Below, piece after piece: positions 40,976 through 50,769 of a DNA stretch of 64,000 nt. A program made the translations under genes and the position numbers. The stretch is from Candidatus Competibacter sp. (GTDB lineage: Bacteria; Pseudomonadota; Gammaproteobacteria; Competibacterales; Competibacteraceae): contig JBAOHI010000071.1 of the NCBI GenBank assembly GCA_037045535.1, positions 212,214-276,213 of the forward strand, in the 5' to 3' direction. Positions within the stretch are counted from its first letter, which is position 1, and every line of letters begins with the position of its first letter. The notes under the pieces were generated by a model, which saw only the letters and a list, made by a program, of their open reading frames with translations, was not told the DNA's origin and did not search any database.

Positions 40976-42403
40976 ATGAGAAAGAAAATTGCTCTAGGTG
41001 GCTTGATGATGGTCGCCACAATGGTGCTGGCTGAACCTGCAATGGCGCAGGAGCTAAGTAGCAGCGGTGTTATGAATGATGTGCTCAAGCGTTTTCATGA
41101 TGCTGCCGCAACATGGGGGCCAGCTATTGAGTCCGCTGCATCGCGTTTGTTCTGGACGCTGGTTGTGATTTCGATGGTCTGGACATTCGGCATGATGGCT
41201 TTGCGCAAGGCCGACATTGGCGAGTTCTTCGCGGAGTTCGTTCGCTTCACGATCTTCACCGGCTTTTTCTGGTGGTTGCTGACGAATGCGAACCAGGGCA
41301 TGAATATCGCCGGTACGATTGTTCAGTCATTGCAAACTCTGGGCGCGCAGGCGGGGGGACTTTCCAATAGCAATCTTGGGCCCTCCAGCATCCTTGATCT
41401 TGGTTTCGAGTTATACAACCGCACAGTACAGGCCACCTCGGAGCTGGGATGGCGGCAGATGGCAACTGCTCTGGTCATGGAGCTAATGGCCCTGGCTGTT
41501 TTGTTTGTCCTGGCGTTGATTGCGGTCAACCTGTTGCTGTTGCTCGCATCAGCCTGGATTCTGTTGTATGCCGGTGTGTTCTTCCTTGGCTTTGGTGGAA
41601 GTCGTTGGACTTCCGACATGGCGATCAATTACTACAAGACCGTGCTGGGCCTGGCCGCACAGCTTATGGCAATGGTGCTTCTGGTTGCGATTGGCAAAGA
41701 GTTCATCAATCACTACTACACGCAAATCAGCGAGAACATGGCATCCCAGGAACTGGCCGTGATGTTGGTTATATCGGTCATCTTGCTTTTCTTGGTCAAC
41801 AAAGTTCCGCCGATGATTTCTGGTCTTGTGTCTGGTGGTGGTATTGGCGCAGCCGGTGGAATTGGAAACTTCGGTGCGGGTGCGGCAGTTGGGGCGGCGG
41901 TGACGGCGGCCAGTATGGCAACTGGCGGCGCTGCCCTGGCAGGTAAAGCGGTTATGGGTGCCGCAGCCGGTGCAGCCGGAGGTGCAAGTGCACTCCAAGC
42001 GGCTTTTCAGAAAGCATCAGCGAGTATGGAAACCGGCGGTGACATGTCCAGCATGGGGTCAGTTGTCAGCAGTGGCGGAAACGGTGGTGGTGAAGCGGGT
42101 ACTGCTGGCAGTAGCCCATTCGCCCAAGCGGCTGGCTTTGGTGACAGCGGCAGTAGCTCAAGCGGTGGCGGCTTTGCCAAGGCCGCGAAGCTGGCCACAG
42201 GCACGGCCTCCGAGTTAGCCAAGGGTGTCGGCTCTCAAGTGAAGCAGGGATTCCAGGAGCGAGTGAGCGAAACCACAGGCGGAAAACTGGCTGCTTCGAT
42301 ACGCGAAAGCATGGAGCCGAAAGAAGCAAGCCAATCTGGCCAGTTCGAGGGCAATAGCTTGGGCGCCGATTCTGGCCCAGATAGTAACGAAGTCAGGAGT
42401 TAG
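40976..42403 (+). CDS. trbL: P-type conjugal transfer protein TrbL (VirB6-like)
   Basis: ALRKADIGEFFAEFVRF, LGFGGSRWTSDMAINYYK, Gly/Ala-rich tail. Confidence 0.92.
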   Translation: MRKKIALGGLMMVATMVLAEPAMAQELSSSGVMNDVLKRFHDAAATWGPAIESAASRLFWTLVVISMVWTFGMMALRKADIGEFFAEFVRFTIFTGFFWWLLTNANQGMNIAGTIVQSLQTLGAQAGGLSNSNLGPSSILDLGFELYNRTVQATSELGWRQMATALVMELMALAVLFVLALIAVNLLLLLASAWILLYAGVFFLGFGGSRWTSDMAINYYKTVLGLAAQLMAMVLLVAIGKEFINHYYTQISENMASQELAVMLVISVILLFLVNKVPPMISGLVSGGGIGAAGGIGNFGAGAAVGAAVTAASMATGGAALAGKAVMGAAAGAAGGASALQAAFQKASASMETGGDMSSMGSVVSSGGNGGGEAGTAGSSPFAQAAGFGDSGSSSSGGGFAKAAKLATGTASELAKGVGSQVKQGFQERVSETTGGKLAASIRESMEPKEASQSGQFEGNSLGADSGPDSNEVRS

Positions 42404-42407
42404 CACG

Positions 42408-42656
42408 ATGACGACATCAACATACATGGCCGCATTGGCGGCCCTGGATGAAGCGCCAAGGGAAGAAGTCAGCCAGGTATTTATTTCGCCGCTGGGTGAT
42501 CAATCGACCGAGGTCGATGCAGAGACAGAAACAGCCGCTTTTGTATCACGGCCAGACCCTATGAGAGAGAGCGAAACTAAGCCGATAAGTATTGAGGTTA
42601 ATGGCGGCAGGAATGAGCGGTCAGCATTCGCGGAGGCGGCGGGGCTGTACCTGTAG
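42408..42656 (+). CDS. Hypothetical protein
   Basis: ORF with RBS immediately after trbL. Confidence 0.45.
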   Translation: MTTSTYMAALAALDEAPREEVSQVFISPLGDQSTEVDAETETAAFVSRPDPMRESETKPISIEVNGGRNERSAFAEAAGLYL

Positions 42657-42719
42657 GCGCACCGGGCTGGCCACAACCAGCCCGGCACTTTCAATCAACA
42701 CCTACTGGAGAGGTGAATT

Positions 42720-42944
42720 ATGACAACACAACATATTATCGAACCAGGGCAAGCAGTGCATCAAGCAGCGGCTATTCTTTCTTCTTTGGAGTACATCAAC
42801 CAAGCGGAAGCGCGGAGCCTTGGGCCATTGGCCGAAGCCGTCGCTAATGCTTTTATGGTGGTGTACTACCAAGCTGAAACGGGCCGGGCGACACAGGCTG
42901 ATTTTCAAGAAGCAATGAACGCCTTGCGCCAAGCGTGCAGCTAA
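42720..42944 (+). CDS. Hypothetical protein
   Basis: Strong RBS GGAGAGG; followed by a terminator. Confidence 0.6.
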   Translation: MTTQHIIEPGQAVHQAAAILSSLEYINQAEARSLGPLAEAVANAFMVVYYQAETGRATQADFQEAMNALRQACS

Positions 42945-42948
42945 TGAC

Positions 42949-42981
42949 GAAAGGGCGGCCACTCGAACTGGCCGCCTTTTT
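42949..42981. terminator. Bidirectional terminator
   Basis: AAAGGGCGGCCA-N7-TGGCCGCCTTTT between convergent ORFs. Confidence 0.75.
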
Positions 42982-43184
42982 CAATCTTCACTGTTTGGCC
43001 ATTCCCGACCCACAGACGGCGCATCCATCCATTCGCGTTCCTCCGGCGGCAGCGGGTAAGCCCCGGATGCTTCCGCGTCGGCCAGTAGTTCGGCCAGTGT
43101 GTAGCGCACCCGACCAGTGGAAACGGCGCGGGCCGGGTCGGCCTTCTCATGCAGCCTGTTCTCTAGGTTCTTTGGGTCTGTCAT
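42981..43184 (-). pseudogene. MazE/PemI-like antitoxin C-terminal fragment
   Basis: RYTLAELLA...EEREWMDAPSVGRE; AbrB N-domain and toxin partner absent. Confidence 0.55.
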
Positions 43185-43298
43185 CGGGCGACCTCAGCAA
43201 GCATGGATACTAGGTGTTCCAGGTCAGTGATCGAATGCGCCAGGAAGCGGCCGGCGCGGCAATCTGCAATCATTTCCTCAGTTTTTTCCTACTCATGT

Positions 43299-44366
43299 TC
43301 AACCTCGTTCGTACCAGCTCTTCGAGCGATTCACCACGCGCACGACCAGCAGCATCACCGGCACTTCGACCAGGACGCCGACCACGGTTGCCAATGCAGC
43401 GCCGGAGTGCAGACCGAACAAGCTGATGGCGGCCGCCACGGCCAGCTCGAAGAAGTTGCTGGCACCGATCAGGGCCGAAGGACAGGCGACAGAGTGCTTT
43501 TCCCCCGCCCGCTTGTTCAGCCAGTAGGCTAACCCGGAATTGAAGAACACTTGAATCAAGATCGGCACGGCTAGCATGGCGATCACTAACGGCTGCCGGA
43601 TGATGGCCTCGCCCTGGAAGGCGAACAGTAGAACCAACGTCAGCAGCAGCGCGGCCATCGACCACGGCCCGATCTTCTGCATGGCCCGTTCAAAGGCGGC
43701 CTGTCCTTGCTTGAGCAGATGCCGCCGCAAGAGCTGCGCCAGGATCACCGGCACGATGATGTAGAGCACGACCGAAATCAGCAGCGTGTCCCAAGGCACC
43801 GAGATCGAGGACATGCCCAGCAGCAGGCCGACGATGGGCGCGAAGGCCACGATCATGATGGCGTCGTTCAGAGCCACTTGCGAGAGCGTGAAAAGCGGGT
43901 CGCCGTTGGTAAGGCGGCTCCACACGAACACCATTGCCGTGCAGGGCGCGGCGGCCAGCAAGATCAAGCCCGCGATGTAGCTGTCCAGTTGATCGGCCGG
44001 CAGGAACGGAGCGAACACTTGTCGGATGAACAGCCACCCCAGCAGGGCCATCGAGAATGGCTTGACGGCCCAATTCACGAACAGCGTGACGCCGATGCCG
44101 CGCCAATGCTCTTTGACCTGGTGCAGCGCCCCGAAGTCGATCTTGACCAGCATCGGGACGATCATTACCCAAATCAGCAGGCCCACCGGCAAATTGACCT
44201 GGGCCACTTCCATGCGGCCTATGGCCTGGAACACGTCAGGAAGGCCCTGGCCGAGCGCAACACCGGCGACGATGCACAGGGCCACCCACAGCGTCAGGTA
44301 ACGCTCGAAGCCGCTCATCGGGGCCTGGCGCGGCTTCGCGGCGATGGCCTGTGCGCCGGCGCTCAT
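43299..44366 (-). CDS. acr3: ACR3-family arsenite efflux pump
   Basis: FERYLTLWV, APCTAMVFVW, GASNFFELAVA, GVLVEVPVML. Confidence 0.95.
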   Translation of the reverse strand: MSAGAQAIAAKPRQAPMSGFERYLTLWVALCIVAGVALGQGLPDVFQAIGRMEVAQVNLPVGLLIWVMIVPMLVKIDFGALHQVKEHWRGIGVTLFVNWAVKPFSMALLGWLFIRQVFAPFLPADQLDSYIAGLILLAAAPCTAMVFVWSRLTNGDPLFTLSQVALNDAIMIVAFAPIVGLLLGMSSISVPWDTLLISVVLYIIVPVILAQLLRRHLLKQGQAAFERAMQKIGPWSMAALLLTLVLLFAFQGEAIIRQPLVIAMLAVPILIQVFFNSGLAYWLNKRAGEKHSVACPSALIGASNFFELAVAAAISLFGLHSGAALATVVGVLVEVPVMLLVVRVVNRSKSWYERG

Positions 44367-44869
44367 GCTTCCTGCTCGGTCTTGCCGATGTTCGCCAGCT
44401 CGCGCTTGATGGCCGTCTGGTCAAGCATTTTGAGAGGCAGATTCACGAACAGGCGGACGCGGTTCATCATGTGCCGGAAGGTTTGTTCGAAGGCCCGGCG
44501 CTTCTCGGCGTCAGTGCCTTCGACGGCGGCCGGGTCTTCAAATCCCCAATGCGCCGAGATCGGCTGACCAGGCCACACCGGACACATTTCGCCGGCGGCG
44601 TTGTCGCAGACGGTGATGATGAAGTCCATCTTCGGTGCGTCGGGCGTGGCGTACTCGTCCCAGCTCTTGCTGCGCAGATTCTCGGTCGGGTAATTCACCG
44701 ACTCCACCTTTTCGACGGCGAAGGGATTGACCTTGCCGGTTGGGTGACTGCCGGCGCTGTAGGCGCGGAAGCGCCCTTGCCCCATCGTGTTGATGAGAGC
44801 TTCGGCCATGATGCTGCGCGCCGAATTGCCGGTGCAGAGGATGAGGACGTTATAGATTCTTTCGGTCAT
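44363..44869 (-). CDS. arsC: Arsenate reductase (LMW-PTP fold)
   Basis: [29 protein letters not shown]. Confidence 0.95.
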   Translation of the reverse strand: MTERIYNVLILCTGNSARSIMAEALINTMGQGRFRAYSAGSHPTGKVNPFAVEKVESVNYPTENLRSKSWDEYATPDAPKMDFIITVCDNAAGEMCPVWPGQPISAHWGFEDPAAVEGTDAEKRRAFEQTFRHMMNRVRLFVNLPLKMLDQTAIKRELANIGKTEQEA

Positions 44870-45633
44870 GATGTTTCGCTTTCTGGTAGTGGCTGGGGAG
44901 CAATGGCGATGGATGAAAGATCGGTGGCCTCGTCGATGACGTGGCCGGCCGCTTTCCGTTCGGAATAGCGGTCTGTCAGTGCTTCACGGTGCGGCCGTAC
45001 CAGCGCCGTGAAGCGCACCAGTTCTTCCATCACATCGGCTATTCGGTCGTAGTACGGCGAGGGCTTCATGCGGCCCGCCGCGTCGAACTCTTGGAACGCT
45101 TTGGCGATACTCGACTGGTTCGGAATGGTGAACATTCGCATCCAGCGGCCGAGCAGACGCAAGGTGTTCACGGCGTTGAAGCTCTGCGAGCCGCCGGATA
45201 CCTGCATCACGGCCAGGGTGCGGCCTTGGGTCGGCCGGATGCCGGCCATTTCAAGCGGCAGATGGTCAATCTGCGCCTTCATGACACTGGTAATCTGACC
45301 GTGGCGTTCCGGGCTGCACCAGACTTGTCCCTCTGACCACTCGGACAGGGCGCGCAGCTCCTTGACGGCCGGGTGATCGTCGCTTTGCACTTGATCGGGC
45401 AACGGCAAATCGGACGGGTCGAAGATGCGTGTTTCTGCGCCAAAGAATTGCAGCAGCCGGGCCGCTTCCTCGACGGCCAGCCGTGAGAACGAGCGGGCGC
45501 GCAGCGAGCCATACAGCAGCAGGATACGCACCGGCGGGGCGTCGGGTGCCAGCCCGAGCGCCGGGCGCTCGATGGCAAAGGATTTGTCCAAAGCGGGCAA
45601 AGAATCGGGGTCGGAAAGATGGCGAAGTCTCAT
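44866..45633 (-). CDS. arsH: Arsenical resistance NADPH-dependent FMN reductase ArsH
   Basis: [33 protein letters not shown] overlaps the arsR stop. Confidence 0.95.
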   Translation of the reverse strand: MRLRHLSDPDSLPALDKSFAIERPALGLAPDAPPVRILLLYGSLRARSFSRLAVEEAARLLQFFGAETRIFDPSDLPLPDQVQSDDHPAVKELRALSEWSEGQVWCSPERHGQITSVMKAQIDHLPLEMAGIRPTQGRTLAVMQVSGGSQSFNAVNTLRLLGRWMRMFTIPNQSSIAKAFQEFDAAGRMKPSPYYDRIADVMEELVRFTALVRPHREALTDRYSERKAAGHVIDEATDLSSIAIAPQPLPESETS

Positions 45634-45962
45634 GCCAACACCTTCCCGGCTTCCGTGGTGCAAGACAGGTTGCACACCTGGCCGCCGCAGCAGTTTTCCG
45701 TGAGAAAGGCCACCAGGTTAGTGGCCGTCGAAAAGTTCGCCTCGTAGATCACAAATCGGCCTTCTTGCCGCGACGTGACCATGCCGGCGTGTGCCAGCTC
45801 TTTCAGGTGGAAGGATAGCGAAGACGGCGGGATGCCGGCCGCTTCGCTGATTTTTCCGGCGGCCATGCCGGCGGGGCCGGCCTGGACGAGAAGCCGGAAC
45901 ACCGCGAGGCGCGATTCTTGAGCGATGGCCGCCAGGGCGGCTACAGCATTTATCGTTTCCAT
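45630..45962 (-). CDS. arsR: ArsR-family repressor
   Basis: [30 protein letters not shown]. Confidence 0.93.
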   Translation of the reverse strand: METINAVAALAAIAQESRLAVFRLLVQAGPAGMAAGKISEAAGIPPSSLSFHLKELAHAGMVTSRQEGRFVIYEANFSTATNLVAFLTENCCGGQVCNLSCTTEAGKVLA

Positions 45963-46109
45963 GTTTCAATAATAGTCGAAATATGGAGTGTGCTCAATAG
46001 CTCATTTAAGCTGTAAAAATGAGCTAGGCGCATTTAGATCGATATGTGATAAATTGGCCTGCCAGTTTAAGATGGGTGCATTTGAGTATGCCCAAAGGAG
46101 CCCGCAAGT

Positions 46110-46847
46110 ATGCGCAGGACGAAGCCAGTAGCCGCGCCGATGGTGGCGCGGGTCTATCTGCGCGTCAGCACCGACGCGCAGGACTTGGAACGCCAAGAGG
46201 CGATCACTACGGCCGCGAAGGCCGCCGGCTACTACGTCGCCGGCATCTACCGTGAGAAGGCATCCGGCGCACGCGCCGACCGGCCTGAGCTGCTGCGCAT
46301 GATCGGCGACCTACAGCCCGGCGAGGTGGTCATTGCCGAGAAGATCGACCGCATCAGCCGCCTACCTTTGCCCGAGGCCGAGCGCCTGGTGGCCTCGATA
46401 CAGGCCAAAGGCGCACGCCTGGCCGTCCCTGGCGTGGTCGATCTATCCGACCTGGCGGCCGAGGCCCAGGGCGTCGCCAAGATCGTGCTGGAAGCCGTGC
46501 AGATCATGCTTTTTCGCCTGGCCTTGCAGATGGCCCGCGACGACTACGAGGACAGGCGCGAACGCCAGCGCCAAGGCATTGAGTTGGCCCGCCAGGCCGG
46601 GCGGTACAAGGGCCGCCGTGCTGATCCGAAGCGCCGCGCCCAAGTTGTCGCGCTGCGCAAGTCCGGCTACAGCATCAACAAGACCGCCGAGCTGGCCGGG
46701 TACAGTGCGGCCCAGGTGAAACGGATATGGGCCGAGGTCAGCCAGGCCGAAGCGAAGCAGCACGGCGCGTTCGTGGAGGACGCATTGACGGAAGCCGATG
46801 CCCTGGCCGCTGTCGGCCAGGATGAGCGCCAGGAGGAAAGGGCATGA
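46110..46847 (+). CDS. Serine recombinase/resolvase
   Basis: YLRVST..QDLERQ, EKASG, DRISR, RERQRQGI, C-terminal HTH; inverted repeat AGCTCATTT..AAATGAGCT upstream near 46000-46026. Confidence 0.92.
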   Translation: MRRTKPVAAPMVARVYLRVSTDAQDLERQEAITTAAKAAGYYVAGIYREKASGARADRPELLRMIGDLQPGEVVIAEKIDRISRLPLPEAERLVASIQAKGARLAVPGVVDLSDLAAEAQGVAKIVLEAVQIMLFRLALQMARDDYEDRRERQRQGIELARQAGRYKGRRADPKRRAQVVALRKSGYSINKTAELAGYSAAQVKRIWAEVSQAEAKQHGAFVEDALTEADALAAVGQDERQEERA

Positions 46848-47068
46848 AGAAGCCGAACCAAGACGACGAGCCGTTTTTCATCACCGAGGAGATTGCGGCC
46901 GAAATGATCGCCGGCGGCTATGAGTTCGAGCTGCCGCCCATTCCTTGCACCATCCGCCTACGCGACGTGCTGGAGCGCATGACCGATGCTGAGCTAGCAT
47001 TGCAGCCGGGCGAGATCGCCGACCAGGAGCGTGAACGCTGCCGGCGCAAGCCGTGTTCAACCTCATGA
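46844..47068 (+). CDS. Hypothetical protein coupled to the resolvase
   Basis: ATGA overlap with the resolvase stop. Confidence 0.5.
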   Translation: MKKPNQDDEPFFITEEIAAEMIAGGYEFELPPIPCTIRLRDVLERMTDAELALQPGEIADQERERCRRKPCSTS

Positions 47069-47142
47069 TCTGGTCATGGTATTTTTCATGGCACTGAGCC
47101 TGATAGTTCTTGCAAATTGTTGTCACTAAAGGGTTTTGTGTG

Positions 47143-47167
47143 CTTGTTTACAATCGAGTGGGAGTGA
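47143..47167 (+). repeat. Internal att-like site, 24/25 identical to 50435-50459
   Basis: CTTGTTTACAAT(C/A)GAGTGGGAGTGA; both copies are preceded by CATGGTATTTTTCATGG (47075, 50367). Confidence 0.9.
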
Positions 47168-47278
47168 CGGGCACTGGCTGGCAATGTCTAGCAACGGCAG
47201 GCATTTCGGCTGAGGGTAAAAGAACTTTCCGCTAAGCGATAGACTGTATGTAAACACAGTATTGCAAGGACGCGGAAC

Positions 47279-48772
47279 ATGCCTCATGTGGCGGCCAGGA
47301 CGGCCAGCCGGGATCGGGATACTGGTCGTTACCAGAGCCACCGACCCGAGCAAACCCTTCTCTATCAGATCGTTGACGAGTATTACCCGGCATTCGCTGC
47401 GCTTATGGCAGAGCAGGGAAAGGAATTGCCGGGCTATGTGCAACGGGAATTTGAAGAATTTCTCCAATGCGGGCGGCTGGAGCATGGCTTTCTACGGGTT
47501 CGCTGCGAGTCTTGCCACGCCGAGCACCTGGTCGCTTTCAGCTGTAAGCGTCGCGGTTTCTGCCCGAGCTGTGGGGCGCGGCGGATGGCCGAAAGTGCCG
47601 CCTTGCTGGTTGATGAAGTACTGCCTGAACAACCCATGCGTCAGTGGGTGTTGAGCTTCCCGTTTCAGCTGCGTTTCCTGTTTGCCAGCCGGCCCGAGAT
47701 CATGGGGTGGGTGCTGGGCATCGTTTACCGCGTCATTGCCACGCACCTGGTCAAGAAAGCGGGCCATACCCACCAAGTGGCCAAGACGGGCGCGGTCACC
47801 CTGATCCAGCGTTTTGGATCGGCGCTCAATCTGAATGTTCACTTCCACATGCTGTTTCTCGACGGTGTGTATGTCGAGCAATCCCACGGCTCAGCGCGTT
47901 TCCGCTGGGTCAAGGCGCCGACCAGCCCAGAGCTCACCCAGCTGACGCACACCATCGCCCACCGGGTGGGTCGCTATCTGGAACGGCAAGGCCTGCTGGA
48001 ACGGGATGTCGAAAACAGCTATCTGGCCTCGGATGCGGTGGATGACGACCCGATGACACCCCTGCTGGGGCACTCGATCACTTACCGTATCGCTGTCGGT
48101 TCACAGGCGGGGCGAAAGGTGTTCACTTTGCAAACTCTGCCGACCAGTGGTGATCCGTTCGGTGACGGGATTGGCAAGGTAGCCGGGTCCAGCCTGCACG
48201 CCGGCGTGGCGGCCAGGGCCGATGAACGCAAGAAGCTCGAACGGCTGTGCCGGTACATCAGCCGCCCGGCGGTATCCGAGAAGCGGCTGTCGTTAACACG
48301 AGGCGGCAACGTGCGCTACCAGCTCAAGACGCCGTACCGGGACGGCACCACGCACGTCATTTTCGAACCATTGGATTTCATTGCAAGGCTGGCCGCCCTG
48401 GTACCGAAGCCCAGAGTCAACCTAACCCGCTTCCACGGGGTGTTCGCACCCAACAGTCGGCACCGGGCGTTGGTCACGCCGGCAAAACGGGGCAGGGGCA
48501 ACAAGGTCAGGGTGGCTGATGAACCGGCAACACCAGCACAACGGCGAGCGTCGATGACATGGGCGCAACGGCTCAAGCGTGTTTTCAATATCGACATCGA
48601 GACCTGCAGCGGCTGCGGCGGCGCCATGAAAGTCATCGCCTGCATTGAAGACCCTATAGTGATCAAGCAGATCCTTGATCACCTGAAGCACAAAGCCGAA
48701 ACCAGCGGGACCAGGGCGTTACCCGAAAGCCGGGCGCCACCGGCTGAGCTGCTCCTGGGTCTGTTTGACTGA
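47279..48772 (+). CDS. ISCR2 (CR2) IS91-like rolling-circle transposase
   Basis: YQSHRPEQTLLYQ, FSCKRRGFCPSCG, HFH (HUH), LCRYISRP. Confidence 0.95.
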   Translation: MPHVAARTASRDRDTGRYQSHRPEQTLLYQIVDEYYPAFAALMAEQGKELPGYVQREFEEFLQCGRLEHGFLRVRCESCHAEHLVAFSCKRRGFCPSCGARRMAESAALLVDEVLPEQPMRQWVLSFPFQLRFLFASRPEIMGWVLGIVYRVIATHLVKKAGHTHQVAKTGAVTLIQRFGSALNLNVHFHMLFLDGVYVEQSHGSARFRWVKAPTSPELTQLTHTIAHRVGRYLERQGLLERDVENSYLASDAVDDDPMTPLLGHSITYRIAVGSQAGRKVFTLQTLPTSGDPFGDGIGKVAGSSLHAGVAARADERKKLERLCRYISRPAVSEKRLSLTRGGNVRYQLKTPYRDGTTHVIFEPLDFIARLAALVPKPRVNLTRFHGVFAPNSRHRALVTPAKRGRGNKVRVADEPATPAQRRASMTWAQRLKRVFNIDIETCSGCGGAMKVIACIEDPIVIKQILDHLKHKAETSGTRALPESRAPPAELLLGLFD

Positions 48773-48985
48773 CGAGCCTGAAGGCCAACGATACCAATCA
48801 AAATGCTGCGTTCACAGCGCCGCGGCAGGGATCCGCCGTGCTGGTTGTCGGAAAAGGAGCCGCTAGTGGGAAAGAGGAGGGTAAATTTTCAGCGTTGCTG
48901 GCTCCCCGTCAGCCGGATTGGGTTGCATCGCAGGGGTGTCGAAAGAGTCAACTGCGGTCCAAAGCTGTTGGACTTGGGTGAAAAG

Positions 48986-49006
48986 GGCGTTTATTCTTCC
49001 TATACG
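48986..49006 (+). other. oriIS end of ISCR2
   Basis: GCGTTTATTCTTCCTATAC, abutting the truncated glmM. Confidence 0.75.
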
Positions 49007-49250
49007 TTGTCGGCAGCGGGCCAAAAAGGAATACGTCCATGCCCATCGAGGTGAAACCGGCTGTGAGCGCGGGTTCAAGCATATAGCCCGACAGGCGCGT
49101 ATCCTTGCCGATCACGACACGATGGCGGTGGTCACCGCGACGAAAGACACGGCCAGCCGCCATGCCGACGCGCAAGGCGGTTTCCGCCGTCATCGCGCCT
49201 TCGTTGGCTTTGCCACGAATACCGTCTGTGCCGAAATATTTGCGCACCAT
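49006..49250 (-). pseudogene. glmM: Truncated phosphoglucosamine mutase (5' part)
   Basis: [11 protein letters not shown]...[15 protein letters not shown]...GPLPT, then cut by CR2. Confidence 0.92.
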
Positions 49251-49336
49251 AAGGTCGATTATCCTGTCGTCGGGTCGCCCTCAAAGGGGACATGCCTGCT
49301 GAACCGCGAATATAGAGAAATATCCCGAATGTGCAG

Positions 49337-50152
49337 TTAACGAATTCTTGCGGTTTCTTTCAGCGCCGCCAATACCGCCAGCCCGTCGCGCAAGGGGCGC
49401 GGCTCGTGTGTGCGGATGAAGTCAGCTCCACCTGCGGCGGCGGCAAGCTCTGCAGCGAGTGTCGCGGCCCCGACATCCCCCGGACCACGGCCTGTGAGCG
49501 CGCGCAGAAAGGATTTGCGCGAAACAGACAGAAGCACCGGCAAATCGAAGCGCAGCCGCAATTCATCGAACCGCGCCAGCACCGAGAGCGAGGTTTCGGG
49601 AGCAGCCCCCAGAAAAAACCCCATGCCGGGATCAAGGACAAGGCGGTTGCGTTTGATACCGGCACCCGTCAGCGCCGCGATGCGCGCGTCAAAGAACGCC
49701 GCAATGTGATCCATGATGTCGCCAGCGGGTGCCTCGCGCCGATCTGCCTGCCCGTCTTGCACCGAATGCATAACGACGAGTTTGGCAGATGATTTCGCCA
49801 ATTGCGGATAGAACGCAGCGTCTGGAAAACCGCGAATATCATTGAGATAGGCCACACCACGCGACAAGGCATAGGCTTGCGTCGCGGGTTGATAACTGTC
49901 GAGCGAGACGGGAATGCCATCTGCCTTGAGCGCGTCCAGCACCGGCGCGATACGCGCGATTTCTGTGTCGGACGAAACAGGCGCGGCGTCGGGATTGCTG
50001 GATGCCGGACCGAGGTCGATCACATCTGCCCCCTCGGCCATCAGCTTACGCGCCTGCGCAATGGCTGCGTCTGGCGCCAGATACCGGCCTCCATCGGAGA
50101 AACTGTCCGAGGTTATGTTGACGATGCCGAAAATGATGAGCGATTTATTCAT
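49337..50152 (-). CDS. sul2: Sulfonamide-resistant dihydropteroate synthase Sul2
   Basis: MNKSLIIFGIVNITSDSFSDGG...LKETARIR, 271 aa, upstream of glmM'. Confidence 0.98.
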   Translation of the reverse strand: MNKSLIIFGIVNITSDSFSDGGRYLAPDAAIAQARKLMAEGADVIDLGPASSNPDAAPVSSDTEIARIAPVLDALKADGIPVSLDSYQPATQAYALSRGVAYLNDIRGFPDAAFYPQLAKSSAKLVVMHSVQDGQADRREAPAGDIMDHIAAFFDARIAALTGAGIKRNRLVLDPGMGFFLGAAPETSLSVLARFDELRLRFDLPVLLSVSRKSFLRALTGRGPGDVGAATLAAELAAAAGGADFIRTHEPRPLRDGLAVLAALKETARIR

Positions 50153-50769
50153 GGGGGCTTCTATAATAATAATAATCGAGCATGAGTCTCATACGGATGC
50201 TCGGGTCGAAAGGGAATCCCCAGGCGAGTAACCTGTTTGCGGTGATCCATTAGCTGCAGGAGCAGAAGAGCATACATCTGGAAGCAAAGCCAGGAAAGCG
50301 GCCTATGGAGCTGTGCGGCAGCGCTCAGTAGGCAATTTTTCAAAATATTGTTAAGCCTTTTCTGAGCATGGTATTTTTCATGGTATTACCAATTAGCAGG
50401 AAAATAAGCCATTGAATATAAAAGATAAAAATGTCTTGTTTACAATAGAGTGGGAGTGAATTTACGTCCTTCGAGGACTATCGCCAGCTATCGAAAAACT
50501 GACGTGATGTATTGATTTATAAATAAATACGTCACGAAGGCTATCGGTGGCTATCGCCGGCCAGCAAAATAAGTTGGTGGTAGAGCTGACGGTAAAAATC
50601 TAGGCCGGATTAAGACACTCTCGTTCACCATTCAGGCTTTTACCGTCTTTGACGGTAAAAGCCTTCTCGGGAAAGCTTGTTTTATGGGGCTTTCCGAGCA
50701 TCAGCAGGTCTCCAGGTCCCTGACGGTAAAACCTGACGGTAAAGCCGTCAAAAGCCGGAGGAAACCTCG

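Larger units (their letters stand above)
34988..50455. mobile_element. GIsul2-type integrative element inserted at the guaA 3' end
   Basis: att core GAGTGGGA at 34988-34995 and 50448-50455 (15,460 bp apart); gene order int-alpA-repA-repC-trbJKL-ars-res-CR2-glmM'-sul2. Confidence 0.93.

Noticed and set aside
35304..50152. Integron with resistance cassettes
   Set aside because: The integrases are P4-like with arm-binding domains; no attC arrays; sul2 is CR2-associated
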